Source of the DNA: Octopus sinensis
Lineage: Eukaryota
Assembly (NCBI RefSeq): GCF_006345805.1
Contig: NC_043000.1
Span: 67,642,001 to 67,706,000 of the forward strand
Length of the DNA stretch: 64,000 nucleotides
Direction: 5' to 3'
Shown here: positions 1-13,643 of the stretch, piece by piece
How the letters are laid out: each line of letters starts with the position of its first letter
Numbering within the stretch: position 1 is the stretch's first letter
Translations under genes and position numbers: made by a program
Notes under the pieces: model-generated
Told to the model about the DNA's origin: nothing
The model's database searches: none
What the model saw: the letters and a program-made list of their open reading frames with translations, nothing else

Positions 1-61
1 TGGTATTGGGGTAACACTATCTTCTATGTATATCTCTTAATTAGTACAGGAGATGTTTCAT

Positions 62-349
62 TTATGAGTACATACTCCTGTGATTGTCCGAGTGTTGGGT
101 CCTTCGGGCGCTTAGATAAAATGCGGATGTCAAGTCGCCATGTTGGTCTTTGGCATGTTGATAGAGTAGAGAGGACTGGGTTTTTTTTTTCATTTTGTCA
201 TATTGTCTCAAATGTTCATTTAACCTCTCTGCAACGCTACTAGAAGTCTCACCAATGTATGTAATGTTTTCTTTACAAGCACCATCTATGTACCCTATAC
301 TGTAGACTACATTTCTCGGGGTTAATCTTACATACCATGCAATTTTCAT
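62..349 (-). mobile_element. Penelope-like element fragment, GIY-YIG endonuclease domain
   Basis: ORF contains VVYSIG...TYIGETSSSVAERLNEH...LYQHAKDQH, the VVY/YIGET-x-RL-x-EH pattern of PLE GIY-YIG domains. Confidence 0.75.
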
Positions 350-354
350 TGGTA

Positions 355-480
355 CATGTGGTAATCTTCTTCTTCTTCATCTTCTTCTTCATCATCTTCT
401 TCTTCATCATCTTCTTCTTCTTCTTCTTCTTCTTTTTCTTCTTCTTCTCCTCCTCCTCCTTCTTCTTCTTCTCCTTCTTT
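355..480. repeat. (TTC)n/(TCC)n trinucleotide microsatellite
   Basis: Direct inspection. Confidence 0.95.
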
Positions 481-724
481 TCACATGCTTTTTATTCTTT
501 ATATATACATATATATTATTTTTTATTTCCTTTTTTATAATTATTTTATATCCTTTTTTACATTTTTTTATATTCTTTTCTCTTTTCTGTGTATATATTT
601 TTGTATGTGCACTTGTAAGAAAAAATCTTTTGCTATTTAAGCAACCAGTAAAACGTGCATTTTTCAGTTTTAAAACGGCTACGAGAAGCTTCAAACTCAC
701 TTTAAACCTTATTAAGATTTTAAA

Positions 725-815
<91 letters not shown>

Positions 816-944
816 TCCTTCATTAGAGTAAATTTGTCTTAAAGCTTTCAGAATTCATTTTAGGCACGTTACTGATAGATTTACTCAGTTAAGAAAAATT
901 GAACGATCAAGAAAAGTAATGCTGCCTTCGTCAGAACCCATGTA

Positions 945-981
<37 letters not shown>

Positions 982-1011
982 GAAAAATGCACGTTTTACT
1001 GGTTGCTTAAA

Positions 1012-1249
1012 GGCGGCGAGCTGGCAGAAACGTTAGCACGTCGGGCGAAATGCTTAGCGGTATTTCATCTGCCGTTACGTTGTGAGTTCAAATTCCGCCG
1101 AGGTCGACTTTGCCTTTCATCATTTCGGGGTCGATAAATTAAGTACCAGCTACGTAGTGGGGTCGATGTAATCGACTTAATACCTATGTCTGTCCTTGTT
1201 TGTCCCTTCTATGTTTAGCCCTTGTGGGTAATAAAAAAAATTAAAAAAT

Positions 1250-1250
<1 letters not shown>
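1012..1250 (+). mobile_element. tRNA-derived SINE, family A (GGCGGCGAGCTGGCAGAA head)
   Basis: A-box/B-box-like head (TGGCAGAAACGTTAG...GAGTTCAAATTCC) and core GCCGAGGTCGACTTTGCCTTTCATC..GGGGTCGATAAA.TAAGTACCAG, repeated more than 15 times in the window. Confidence 0.85.
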
Positions 1251-1320
<70 letters not shown>

Positions 1321-1329
1321 CATGTATAT

Positions 1330-1530
1330 ATATATGTTTGTGTGTGTGCGAGTCTTTGTGTCTGTGTTTGTTCTCCACCCTCACTTGACAACCAGCGGCT
1401 CGGCCAAAGAGACTGATAGAATAAGTACTAGGCTTAAAAAAATAGTACTGGGGTCGATTCGTTCGACTAAAATTTGTTCAGTGCCACAACATTGCCGCAG
1501 TCTAATCACTGAAACAAGTAAAAGATACAA
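1330..1530 (+). mobile_element. SINE family B, 3' portion
   Basis: Matches the 3' half of the full copy at 25451-25860 (TTGACAACC...GATAGAATAAGTACT...GACTGAAACAAGTAAAAG). Confidence 0.7.
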
Positions 1531-2022
1531 GATATATTTCCATAATAGAATTATTATAGTGTTATATAATAAATATCCACCATTTCGTCATTGGCAATTG
1601 AAACCTAAATAAATGTATTATTCGATCGACGGAAAAAAAAACTAAGCGAAAAATAGAAACAAAAAAATTCTTCATGATTTACAGTGTAAAGTATTTGTGC
1701 TCAACAGGAAGGAGCAGCTATGGTATAAATGGCGTTGGGAAAGGATCTATCGAAATGTTTTAAGACACAAATAGTTAACTGTAGCTTCCAAACTAAACAA
1801 TGGAAACTATGTGAATTATATAAAAACAACTGAATAAGTTCATAGATGTAGAAGCATCATGACTTATATACAATATTGTAAAATGTAGCTAGATACCAAA
1901 AACTGCACTGGAAGACTCATAGGTCACGAATATACTAGAATTGCTGGTAGAAGAATTAAAAAAAAGCGAATCACATATATATTTTCACGCACATACATAA
2001 ATATATGTGTATGTATATATGT

Positions 2023-2079
<57 letters not shown>

Positions 2080-2183
2080 AAGCTAGATAGATACATACAT
2101 ACATACATACATACATACATACATACATACATACATACATACATACATACATACATGCATACATACATACATACATACATACA

Positions 2184-2212
<29 letters not shown>
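2023..2212. repeat. (TAGA)n + (TACA)n compound microsatellite
   Basis: Direct inspection; source of the spurious MYVC and YLSI ORFs. Confidence 0.95.
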
Positions 2213-2214
<2 letters not shown>

Positions 2215-2244
2215 CTAAACACATACACACACGCGCGGAAATAA

Positions 2245-3521
2245 CAGTGTTAATTAGTCTGAGAAAATATATATCTGAAGATGTATATACATGTATATAT
2301 CAGATAAGTTTCAAAGATAAGTTACAAATATAATCCTCGTGTATCATCGTTCCTGCATATGCAGTTATCTATACCCTGCATGTGTACATATGTTTACATA
2401 TACCCACATACATGCATACATGTATACCCTCACTCGTACATATTGTGAAAGGATCTATCGAAATAGATCATGGGTGTGTGTGCGTATATATGGAAACGAA
2501 TATAATCAGATGGTTGCATATCTGAGAAACTAGATAGGGGTTATGAGTTAGAGTGTAAATTTATAGGTTAATGGGATTACCTAAGTATTATTGCGGAAGT
2601 GTACTGTATGGTCATTCTGGCATCTAAAAGAGTGGAGATGATGCCACTCCTCTCCACTCTTTTAGAAACGATAAACAGCAAATCTACAACACACGCCAAC
2701 CACATACATCATCTCAAAAATGCAAATATACCCTATACTCTATCATGGTGCATAATAGACTCAGGACTTCCCTACCGAGGTCAACGCTTAATCTGCAAGC
2801 CTTGTCTGAAGGGGGCACATCAAATATTAAAGCACAACTCTCCAACACTACTAAATAAACATAATGAGGTACTAAGCAAATGCAACCACTGCTTTTATCA
2901 CACATTTAAATTCTATCACAAATCCAAATGCCAGAATGACCATACAGAACATTTCCGCAGTAATTCTTAGGTAATCCCATTAACCTATAAATTTACACTC
3001 TAACTCATAACCCCTATGTAGTTTCTCACATATGCAACCATCTGATTATATTCGAGTAAGGGTATACATGTAAACATATGTACACATGCAGGGTATAGAT
3101 AACTGCATATGCAGGAACGATGATACACGAGGATTGTATTTGTAACTTATCTGATATATACATGTATATACATCTTCAGATATATATTTTCTCAGACTAA
3201 TTAACACTGGTATTTCCTTAATTCTTCATATATTTGCCTCACAATTAGTAGCCACTACTACACATTGGTATTTCCTCTACCTCTTAACCACCCCACATTC
3301 CTCTATCTTTTACACTATAATGCCTTTCTCTCTCTATCCCCACTCCTACTTTCAAATTATCCCCACTGACCACTGACCAACCTATATCTTAATGTTTCTT
3401 TTTTCTTTTCCTCATTCCCTTTATTCATATTTAGGGCTTTATTCAGGGCTTTTATTCTTTATTGTATTTTTGATATTTTACTAATCTTCTTTGTTCTTTC
3501 TCTTTCATTCTTTCTCTCCTC

Positions 3522-3562
<41 letters not shown>

Positions 3563-4070
3563 CTTTTTCCTCTCTTCCTATTTTCAATTTAACCATACTA
3601 ATACACTCCCTATTTCTAGGTCAGTTTAAATACAAACCTTGAATCTGCTACACTCTATATAAGTTCCTTACTGGGAATGACCAACTTTACGAGAATCTTA
3701 CATTGCTTATAAACTCTATATCTGGATGGACTCATATTAAACTCTGTTGGATATTGGAATATTACACATATATACCATTATGCCTATAAAACGGATTTAT
3801 GAATTCAATACCCATACATATCTTACATCTATTTTCTTTCCACCACCTCCCTCTCTATTTTGTATCACATCGAAACTAACTATGACTTAATTTTTCCTCT
3901 CACACCGTCTCCGATGAAGGGATACTATTAATTAATATCCTAGAAACAGCTGTAATACCTTTAATCTATAAATAGTCTATACAGTCTTGGTTTTTTATCT
4001 CATTACGCAAAAAATTCTTATATACACACGCTGACATAGAACCAACATTGAACCCTTTATTCGCAATATT
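2245..4070 (+). mobile_element. Penelope-like element 3' fragment with inverted 5' pseudo-LTR segment
   Basis: ORF 2599-2970 has the GIY-YIG C-terminal pattern (HLKNANIPYTLSWCII...PY...CKPCLK...TLLNKHNEVLSKCNH); 2245-2623 is the reverse complement of 2928-3209; hammerhead-like motif at 3907-3958. Confidence 0.7.
3907..3958 (+). ncRNA. Degenerate type-I hammerhead ribozyme motif
   Basis: gtct-CCGATGA-agggata(loop)tatccta-GAAA-cagct-GTA-atac; U4C core change and a stem I mismatch; same family as 13644-13694. Confidence 0.5.
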
Positions 4071-4744
4071 ACCGAATCTGGAACTTAACTGTGGTCTGTC
4101 TATAGCACTTATTCAGCATCGCCTGACACCTTTGGGTCTCAATGACACCTTTATCTCTTATATATATATATATATATATATATATACCATATACACACGT
4201 ATATATACATATATGTGTATATGCATATCATGTGTGCGTGCGCGCGTGTGTACAAGTTCTATTTCCATACTGGTATACATGGGTAAAAGTCATTTACCTA
4301 GGTTTCCAGGCAGTAGACTTACTCTAAAATCAATAGGAGACCACCAGTTCCCTTGCGAGACCATTGGCCTGCACCTGGTTATCTTTCCAAGATGCGAGCC
4401 GAGGCAAAGTGTCGTTTTTTTAAATACAGGTTGCACTTGTATGCAGGTTACCCCTCTCCTTGCCACCGACGTTGTTCTAGGTAAGGACTACAACCGGTAC
4501 AGCCTGACGCTAGTATCATCCCAGGCGTTGACATTACAATGAAATTTTGTTTAAAAATAAAAAGAACAGATACCAGACACCGTTAGACATCTCGCTTGAA
4601 TTCCGACAATTAACCATTCTGAAGCGATACTTTAGTCATTTATCTGAATATAAAGCTGACACACTGTACTCGGAACAAGGCATTCTATTCGATGTTCCAG
4701 CGACTAGCAATTCATTGCATGCACAGAGGCACACACAAACATAT

Positions 4745-5860
4745 ACACGCTGCATTCCAGAAGTTTTGAGACATTTTCAGGTAAGAATTTATCAATTTCA
4801 AAGAAGTACAAAACCCTAATCTCTTTCGCAGTTGGATCCTTTGACTTTAATGCATTTGCAGTGCTCCATTCCCTTCTTGAATCCTCGATGGATTCCCAAT
4901 TTCTTCAAAACAAATGCCCCTGAGGTTCTCATTCTGCTCAGAGAACAACCAAAAGTCACAGAGAGCAAAGTCTGGACGGTGGGGAGGTTGAGGGACAGTT
5001 TTGATGCCCATCTTTGTCAAGTAGTTAGTTACCACGGGGGAATTGTGGATTGGTACATTGTCCTGGTGCTGGTGCCACCGATCTAACTGAAAAAGCTCCG
5101 ACCTTTTACGACGAAATCTCATCCTGAACTCCCTTGAAACCTCCGTAAAGTACTCTTTGTTAATTGTCTGGTCAGATAGAACCCAGTGGACGAAGATGAT
5201 GCCCTGACTGTCGACAAAAGTGATCAGTATGAGCTTTCTGGACTTGCTTTACTTGGCCCTCTTGGATTTTGAGGAGCCAGGGTACTTCCATTAGGTACTT
5301 TGTCTCTTGGTCTCTTGATCATAACAGCAGATTTTGCCTCCATAACAGGTCACCAGAGACCCAAGTGTCTTGGATTTGAAGTAATGTGTTCAACTATCTC
5401 CCAGCTATCACAAGCGCGTCTTTCCTTCTGATCATCATAGAGAACCCTGAAAACGATCTAAGCAAAAATTTGGCGCATTTTCAGATCTTCATGAATAGTT
5501 CTGTGTACAGTTGCCACACCAACTCTAAGCTATATACTTATGGTCTTTATAGACAGACAGTCTTCAAGAAAATTGCGAATTTTCTAAACAACCTCTGATG
5601 TTCTGCCATCCATCTCATTTCCACACCTCTCATGGTCCCTCAACTCTTTCCTACTATTCTTGAACCTCTTGTGCCAGGGGAAAACTGCGCGACTCATACA
5701 AGTTAATACATAAGTAGTCTGGAGCATTTCATAATTTTCTGTAAAGCTTTTGACCAGTTTAACATAAAACCTTTTTGCATAGCGAGCTTTCAAAAACTGC
5801 CTTCACGTCCCGAATGCATTTTGCAAACTAGTCAGTTGTGAGAAGTAGTGTTTAGTAAGA
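4745..5860 (-). mobile_element. Decayed near-full-length mariner (DD34D) transposon
   Basis: N-terminal HTH (MKARYAKRFYVKL...WHKRFKNSR), CYDQETKRQS-x-WKYPG, DNVPIH, PQPPHRPDFALCDFWLF motifs; frameshifts and stops. Confidence 0.85.
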
Positions 5861-5861
5861 T

Positions 5862-6965
5862 GTATTCAAAGTGCTATTCACAATTCAAAGTTGTGAATTT
5901 TTTCAAGCGTCAACTCTAATATCCCAAATGTTTGTGCTAGCACTGACACTGCGAAAGCATTGTGGACTACAGTGTCCATACGGTTGTGACTTCTATGCAT
6001 TGCGAACTTTACTGAAGTATTTTTCATCACTCTAGCTTTACTAGCAACACCAACATATGCAATATTTTCGTCAATTGCTAGAAATTTGTAATACTCATCA
6101 CTGATGATAGGAAAAGTAGGCAGGCTATTGATATCCATATTCCTTCTATGACAGGTAATCTTTCATTGTTTGACTACCAAATGCGAACCCTTATCTAGAT
6201 CGAAGTCCATTCCTATGTCCTATGAGAATGTTGTGACCTGTTGTTCTAAACTATCTCTTGATGTCATAGCTATCACTTGATCAGCGCTTAAGATCATCAC
6301 GAAAAAAGTGTGGGTGACGCTAATTTTTCTTCCGCCGGGAAATCCTGTCATGTCTTTTTTGCATTTCCTTTGCAGGATTAACAAGAGGTTCGCAGCTGCT
6401 GTGAAAATCATTACAGATGAGTAGTCATCCAGAAATTTTCATGCTGATAGCCTAATTATGTTAGTGACTATAGCACTGTGAACCACGTTGTTATCGGCAA
6501 CTTAACAGCATAGACTAGAGTAGTTGGACTCTTAACAAGATGTAGTGACTCGCCTATCTTTGTGTGACAGACTGAGTCAAACGTCTTCTTAGAGTCTAAC
6601 TATTGAAGAGGTTTCGTCGGTGCCGTTTTACTTCCTTACATACAGCTTTGTTGATGAAGATTCAGCGCAACTCCAGTTTCCTTTCTTTTCTCTCCGCCTG
6701 CACATCAGTCGCACTAATGTGTGTCTTGCAGTGATCCCAGAGGTAAGCTTTCAACCAGCCTGTATATAACTTGTAGATTACATTCAAGTTCATTATAAGC
6801 TTAGAGTTTTCGGTCACATATCCCTCCTGGTTTTAGGTACTGGTGTTGCACATGCAACTGCAAGAGCACATCAAGCTCAGCGTTCATTGTCGCTTTGAAC
6901 ACGTTAACAGCGGCTCCCTTGACTGAGTCCCTCCCAGGTGATTTTTCTGCTCTGTAGCTTCACAA
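5862..6965 (-). mobile_element. Decayed R4/Dong-type (RLE) non-LTR retrotransposon RT fragment
   Basis: Minus strand reads LDSKKTFDSVCH (DYKKAFDSV-like), an ISVTHTFFV/DDLK-like segment, and HNAFAVSVLAQTFGILELT, homologous to the ORF at 28685. Confidence 0.65.
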
Positions 6966-7698
6966 CCAGTAAAAAAAAAGCTTGACTGTGAAGTTCTCTT
7001 TTAAGAGATATTTTTGTACTGTATTCTCTCCGTAGCCCAGCTGCAGTACGAGCGTGTTGTTTGTTTACATTCTAGATCCTTCCCTAAAATGAATATAGAT
7101 CAAACTGAAGAGAGAGGTCATACATTTCGGTTTAATTTTGTTTTGTTTTGTATTTTGGGGGGCGGGGGGTAGTGGCGGGCCTTGATACAATCGATCTCTG
7201 CTACTCCTAACTGTTGAAGAGTAGTGATCGTAACGTTACCTGCATAATAGTATATTGAATGCCCAATACTGTTACTTGTTCCTTAGCTACTTTGGCCATT
7301 GGTTTTTCTGTCGATTCGTGTGGTGATTATTAATATGAACAGTGAAGTTTTGTATGAACTTTTGTTAACTATTCTTTCAGCTATTTATATTTTCGTTCAT
7401 TTCTATCATTTATTCATTATCAGTTAACGATCAATCGTATAATGACATTTTGTTAATCTCAGTTTTATTGTTATCGTATCGGTCGTGGTCCGTTTTGTTT
7501 ACGAACTATTTGGGAGCAGAATCACTGGTCAAATCAGGCTCTTATTTACTGTGCGATTTTGATAGATTTTTTTTCTTCTGGTTGCTTGTCGTAGTTGTTA
7601 GGCATTGAATTTTGTGTAACGGGATATTTTAAATCTCAGTCACTTTTCATCTTTTTCACGAAACCTACCGAAGGGTCTTTCTTAACACTTTTATAGAA

Positions 7699-7945
7699 CT
7701 AGCAGCTGCGACCCGCCTTAGCTGATATCAGTTTTCGGTCAAGCCATTGCATATATAGTAGTCATTCGCGTGTTGGGTTTCAACTAAATTTCACTGTTCC
7801 ATAACTGTTATATTCTTACATAAAAAAATAGCTTTCCACGTATATCGGTTGAAGATAACCAATTTTTACTGGGCTTGTATCAATGGCGAACGTTCTAGTG
7901 GGTAGTATTCATTATACGGGAGCTGAATAGTCTTCTAATACCGAC
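7699..7945 (-). mobile_element. Possible non-autonomous Helitron-like fragment (3' end at 7699)
   Basis: Minus strand ends in the hairpin cagct-aag-gcg-ggt-cgc-agctg followed by CTAG. Confidence 0.35.
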
Positions 7946-8188
7946 ATGACTACCTTCCTCACCATATGCGGCTGTATATTTGTATGTGCATATTTATGTA
8001 TGCTATTATGTATGTATGTATTTATGTATGTATGTATGTATGTATGTATGTATGTATGTATGTATGTATGTATGCATGCATGTATGTATGTATGTATGTA
8101 TGTATGTATTTACGTATGTATGTATGTATGTATGTATGTATGTATGTATGTATGTATGTATGTATGCATGCATGTATGTATATATGAA

Positions 8189-9110
8189 CCGTAAATCGTC
8201 GAGTATAGTCCGCCCTTGAGTATAATACGCAGGGAATTTTTAGGGGGCTGTACCACTGAAAAACCTAAACCTCGTGTATAATACGCACCCCTTCTCTAAC
8301 TTGAGTCAAGGAGGTCTATATAACATCCTTGGTTTGTAAAATCGTATACGGTAACGTCCTTTATTATTGCCTTCTTGCAATCTGTTTGATTTCGTCTTTA
8401 TTTCTACGCCATAACCTGACATTGCTTTCGTCAACATCAAATTATCTTCCGGTGGCCCTATTACTATGCTCTTCAGCATATGATATAACTTCATGTTTAA
8501 ACATAGTTGAATAAGATCTACGAGGCATGTTATGGGCATGTAATGTATAAAATGTTTTATTGGAGATTAATGTACAGGTTTAAGTCCCGCTTATAAAAAA
8601 AACCCCTAGTTCAAACATTTAATACTGGTATTTAATTATCTATTGTTTGCCACGATAATGATGCAAACTGCCTATACAAACAGCAGGATGAACTATTTAG
8701 CGCTAAACTATTAAGCACAATTCAGCTGCACCTAGTCGAACAAACACTTCCGCGCATGCGTAATACAATAATGGTGATGTTCTTAATTGTTATATGGAAA
8801 TGTAAATATGTTTGCAAATTGTTTTTGTTACATGTTATTCTGTGTTCTGAATACTTTTATTTTAATAAATGTCGCTTACTGCAAGTTATGGATGATTCTT
8901 TTATCACTTCATTGCTTTCAGGCTTAGCTTCAGGTATTTTCGCGCCCAACATCACAAAATGCGTCTGAATAAACATTGCCGGACAGCAAATAGAGACTCG
9001 GACATTGCTTAGAAAATATTTTTCATTTTTAACCTTGTATATAGTAGACACTAGGGATTTTGACCTCTAAATTTTGGGAAAAAATGCGTATTATACTCGA
9101 GGATTTACGG
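8189..9110. mobile_element. Non-autonomous Tc1/mariner-superfamily (Tc2/pogo-like) MITE
   Basis: Terminal inverted repeats CCGTAAATC(G/C)TCGAGTATA...TATACTCGAGGATTTACGG followed by TA; inserted in a (TATG)n array; no ORF. Confidence 0.8.
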
Positions 9111-9141
<31 letters not shown>

Positions 9142-10029
9142 GTATGTATGTATGTACGTAAGTATGTATGTATGTATGTATGTCGTAGTGCTTGTGTTGG
9201 TATCATAGTTGATATCATTATTGATTTCACTTGTGTCACGTCAGATATATTTCGTAATCTGGCCTGAATAATGCTAAGCTAGTAAGTAAAAAGTGCTTCT
9301 CATATTTATAACAGAAGAAATAAATCTTTGCTGGAGATGTTGGCATAATTCTGGAAGAAAACTTTCAAAATTGCATTTTAGACGGTCCTCCACACCTACA
9401 GGTCTGATGTGACGACGCCAAGTGTCTGTGTGTGTGTGTCTGTCTGTCTGTCAGTGCGCGTGTGCGTGTGGGGGTGCGCGCGTGCGTGTGAATGCATATA
9501 TGCTTTTATGTATGTATATTACATGTTCATTAAGAATGTTGTATTTCAATGCTGTGCAGAACTACAGAATATATCCATACGTTTGTAGTCAACACTCAAT
9601 AGACAAGTAAACAGCTTTCTACTTACAAACTAGCTTTGTGAGCATAAAAAGGGGAATCACCCGGAGCGGTTTCAAACATGTGATGGTATTTTATTTGCAA
9701 GTAAGTACTTTTTAACTGTCTATGAAGACACTGCTTTAAGCACACTATTACAAAGGGCTTACGTAAACTGGCTAGTCCAATTTTTATATTTAGCTCATTT
9801 TTGACAGCTATTTCAATCAATAGGTTGTTAAATCACTGATACGTTAACAATATTTTATTTCAATGCTTTATTGTTAACAAAAAAAAATGTATCCATATAT
9901 TGTTTTACAGAATATATTGATACATGTTTACCAATACATACATACATACGTACATACATACATACATACATACATACATACATACATACATACATACATA
10001 CATACATACATACATACATACATACATAC

Positions 10030-10440
10030 CATGTCGGTGTATTTAACAATATCTTCCTGATTAGTAAATTAGAGATCATCCGGACTAGTCCCAATCCCGA
10101 AACTCGTCAATAGTCAATAGAAGCGTATCTCAGAAGGGAGCGAGAGGGGCAGTTTGGGCAGTAGAGGGGGCAGTTCTGGGCTTGCTCTTTAAGCCAGTAG
10201 TGGCTGTTTTGCACTCCTTGGATGCAGAGGAGAATTCAGTGGCTGCCCCGGACTAGAAACACCAGCTAGCTCACAGCTAGTCCATAGATAGTTAGAGTGG
10301 GTATTCAGTCGCTGATGAAATCCCAACATAGGACTGAAGCGAGCCCGGCTAATCCCTCTTTTGCTGTTTACAAAAATATTATTTATATATACTAGGTGTC
10401 TACATCGCCTTTTATACACACTGCTATCAAAAATAACTTG
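10030..10440 (+). mobile_element. Probable Penelope-like 3' end/pseudo-LTR with decayed hammerhead
   Basis: KLEIIRTSPNPETRQ-IEAY resembles a GIY-YIG C-terminus; CTGATGA-aatcc-caacata-ggact-GAAG at 10312-10339. Confidence 0.4.
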
Positions 10441-10537
10441 AGGTATATTCTACAATTCAGCGTAGCATATTATATGTGAATGTATTTAAGTATCAGTACG
10501 CAAGCATAATGTATACATACACGTACAAGTTCATGCA

Positions 10538-10636
<99 letters not shown>

Positions 10637-11760
10637 CATGTGTTTGTGTATGTATGTATGTAATTTTCATAGCTTGCGGAACCCCGGAAGTAGTAATTAT
10701 CCAAATTGCATATAGAGCAACCCCAGTTTTTGCTAACCGTGAGCGTGAGCTGTATACACACACACACGCAACGTCTATATAACTCTTATAGTTTATTTTG
10801 TCGTACCATGTAATGTGTCCTGATAAATTTTGAATGCCGTTAAATAAAATAATGCGTGACCACAAAAAGTAGGAATATTTTCTACTTTTCTGGAAAGTAA
10901 TTCGATTTGCCAGAGGGTGTAGTGAATAGTCACGTCGCGTATAAAACGATCAAATTAAATACAAAACTTTGTAGGGAGATATGCAATAGACACAACGCGT
11001 ATTCAGGGTTCTTTTAATGAATAATAAGTTCCTGCTATACCCGTGCCGTCAATAATGACCGTCAGTATTTTTTATTATATGAAAATAATAAAATATTTTA
11101 AAACATGGAAAAATACATTTACGTTCCCGTGCAGATATTTGCCTATTGTAATATCCTTTGCATTGGGAGCTTCGTGGTTTGTACAGATATGCAGATAGAT
11201 CTGTGTGCGCGCACGCGTGCGACTGTGTGTGTGTATGCGTGCGTGCATATGTACAAGATATGTTATACTTAAGCTTTTACTCCAAACTCAAATATGTCAT
11301 ACACACGCGTTTTTTTTTTTGTTGTTTTTTTATGTTTCTCCATCCCTGTTCTCTGTGTCCTCTAGCTAGTAGTTCACCATCATACTCCTCGCTTTACAAT
11401 CTTTTTCTATACCAAACACTTATTCTGAGACGTGGCCGCTACAATATTACAGTGATTATCTCTACACTTTGATAGAGTTTATGTATTTTCCATCCTCGTC
11501 ATCGCTATGATTAATGTATTTCTTTTGATCGGTTTTCTCCTCCCATCTTTCTCATTACTGAGTTTTATAACCTTGTTTGCAGAAAAGTCAAACTACCTAC
11601 ACCGACTGACTGATCGTCTCGCCAGTCCTACCTTCTCTTTTTTTCTTTTCATCATGATTTTTTGCTTCCTTCTTCCACACCCCACACTCCTCACGTTGCA
11701 GATATATGCATGCATATATATTGTGTGCATATGTATGTACGTATGTATATGTGTATATAT

Positions 11761-11808
<48 letters not shown>

Positions 11809-11812
<4 letters not shown>

Positions 11813-11985
11813 TATAAAAGGGCTTAGTAAAATAAATTACTTTGCCGCATACTGAACTCATTAGAAATAGTAGCTAAAAAAACTTTTTTAAAACTATTTC
11901 TAATACTTAAAGAAAACCTCTCTCATATAGTGTTTGCTCAATTCAACTCACGAAAGTATGGGGGTAAAGACATTAAAAAATCAAA
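11809..11985. repeat. Left arm of a ~177-bp near-perfect inverted repeat (partner 13271-13447)
   Basis: Read directly as the reverse complement of 13271-13447. Confidence 0.9.
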
Positions 11986-11988
11986 TGC

Positions 11989-12146
11989 AAGATATATTGT
12001 GTAATGTAATTCTTTCTATACTATGTATACGAAAAACAGATTAGTCATGAGTAGAAAACTTTGATCATATTCTCATTCAGGGCAGATTTGAAGCTAAACA
12101 ATAACAATACAAGTAGTAGAAGCGACATTGGATTCCGTATTTCGAA

Positions 12147-12195
<49 letters not shown>

Positions 12196-13040
12196 CTTAA
12201 ATGTTACATAAGTGATCTGATCAATAAGTATCCGGATTGTTGCCATAGTAATGAAGCTAAGGCACGTAGAGTAAAACAGCTTGACAAAGATTGACCTTGT
12301 ACTCGGCTGTGCATGCGCACTAAATTTTGACGTTCTAGCTCACTTCCGCTGTTTACAGCAGTGCTTCGAAGGAAGGTGTGTTGCGTGTGATCGTCGTATT
12401 GGGTCAGATAAAAGCAGTTTTCGCACAAACTTGGCAGCCACGCGTCTCATACCAAAATTTTCAGTGTTAATACACTGAACTGCACCATAACTAATCCTCA
12501 CATCCTCTGATAGCTCACGGATTCGACGATTTCCCCTCATAGCTGCACGCACATCTGCGATGTTTTTCTCAGTTCTGCTGGTTGCAGGTCCCCAAGAACG
12601 TTCGTGAATATCGACATTTTTTCGGTCATCTTGGAAACGTCTGAACCACTCACACTTGTACGCGGCTCATACACTACTCTCCATACCCTTTCTGCAACAT
12701 TGCATAGTCCTCTGAGAAGATATCGTCATGACACCTTTCTCTGTCAAGGTCAATGACGCGATCACCTGCTATAAGCCTTCTTTCTAAGCATTGCTGTAGA
12801 CAGCGTGAGCTAGTACGTACTGGGACAGCGCCTTGAAAAGCCTCAGTCAAGCGAATCAACCTCAGTGCTTGTTCTTTTAAACCTTATACATATGCACTTA
12901 TTCTATCAGTGTCTTAGTTACAGTGACGTAAACAGAAAAACCAGCAAAACCAGATGTCAAGCGGGGCAGGGGAGAACAATCACAGACACGAAGACACATG
13001 CATATACGCGTATGTATATGTATGTGTATGTGTACAGATA

Positions 13041-13079
<39 letters not shown>

Positions 13080-13153
13080 TACACACACACACATACATAC
13101 ATACATACATACATACGTACATACATATATACATACATACATGCATACATACA

Positions 13154-13230
<77 letters not shown>

Positions 13231-13273
13231 GACAGGTTTCTTTCACTTTCCGTCTACCAAATCCACTCACTTT
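11989..13273. repeat. Copy 1 of a ~1.3-kb local duplication (copy 2 at 14419-15427 plus 17246-17503)
   Basis: Near-identical sequence; outside microsatellites I noticed only one 1-bp indel and one substitution. Confidence 0.9.
12270..12830 (-). mobile_element. Mariner transposase 5' fragment (HTH region)
   Basis: IRELSEDVRISYGAVQCINTENFGMRRVAAKFVRKLL, the typical mariner second HTH; duplicated at 14690-15245. Confidence 0.8.
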
Positions 13274-13447
13274 GATTTTTTAATGTCTTTACCCCCATAC
13301 TTTCGTGAGTTGAATTGAGCAAACACTATATGAGAGAGGTTTTCTTTAAGTATTAGAAATAGTTTTAAAAAAGTTTTTTTAGCTACTATTTCTAATGAGT
13401 TCAGTATGCGGCAAAGTAATTTATTTTACTAAGCCCTTTTATATAAT
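13271..13447. repeat. Right arm of the ~177-bp inverted repeat (partner 11809-11985)
   Basis: Direct reverse-complement match. Confidence 0.9.
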
Positions 13448-13643
13448 GTAATAATTTGAATTCGCCTTAAATGGTCCCTTTGCATACTGAATACTTGGTG
13501 AAATTGATTAATAATTAATTAATTTTACCCTCAATTGTTGAAATTATATATATATATATATATATATATAATAATAATAATTTTTTGCGTAATGAGATAA
13601 AAAACCAAGGCTGTGTAGATATTAGAACATTTATAGATAGAAG

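Noticed and set aside
846-937. Minus-strand CTGACGA-aggca...tgcct followed by AAAA-tgaattc
   Set aside because: Possibly a very decayed hammerhead, but GAAA, the cleavage triplet and stem I are all broken.
9634-9706. Short AG...GTAAGT-bounded open stretch (LCEHKKGNHPERFQTCDGILFA)
   Set aside because: Weak acceptor, no recognisable protein similarity and no partner exons.
13390-13505. CTAATGA followed by a long ttcagtatgc/gcatactgaa stem and a later GAAA
   Set aside because: G5 is mutated, 7 extra bases separate the stem from GAAA, and there is no stem I or III; treated as a plain hairpin.
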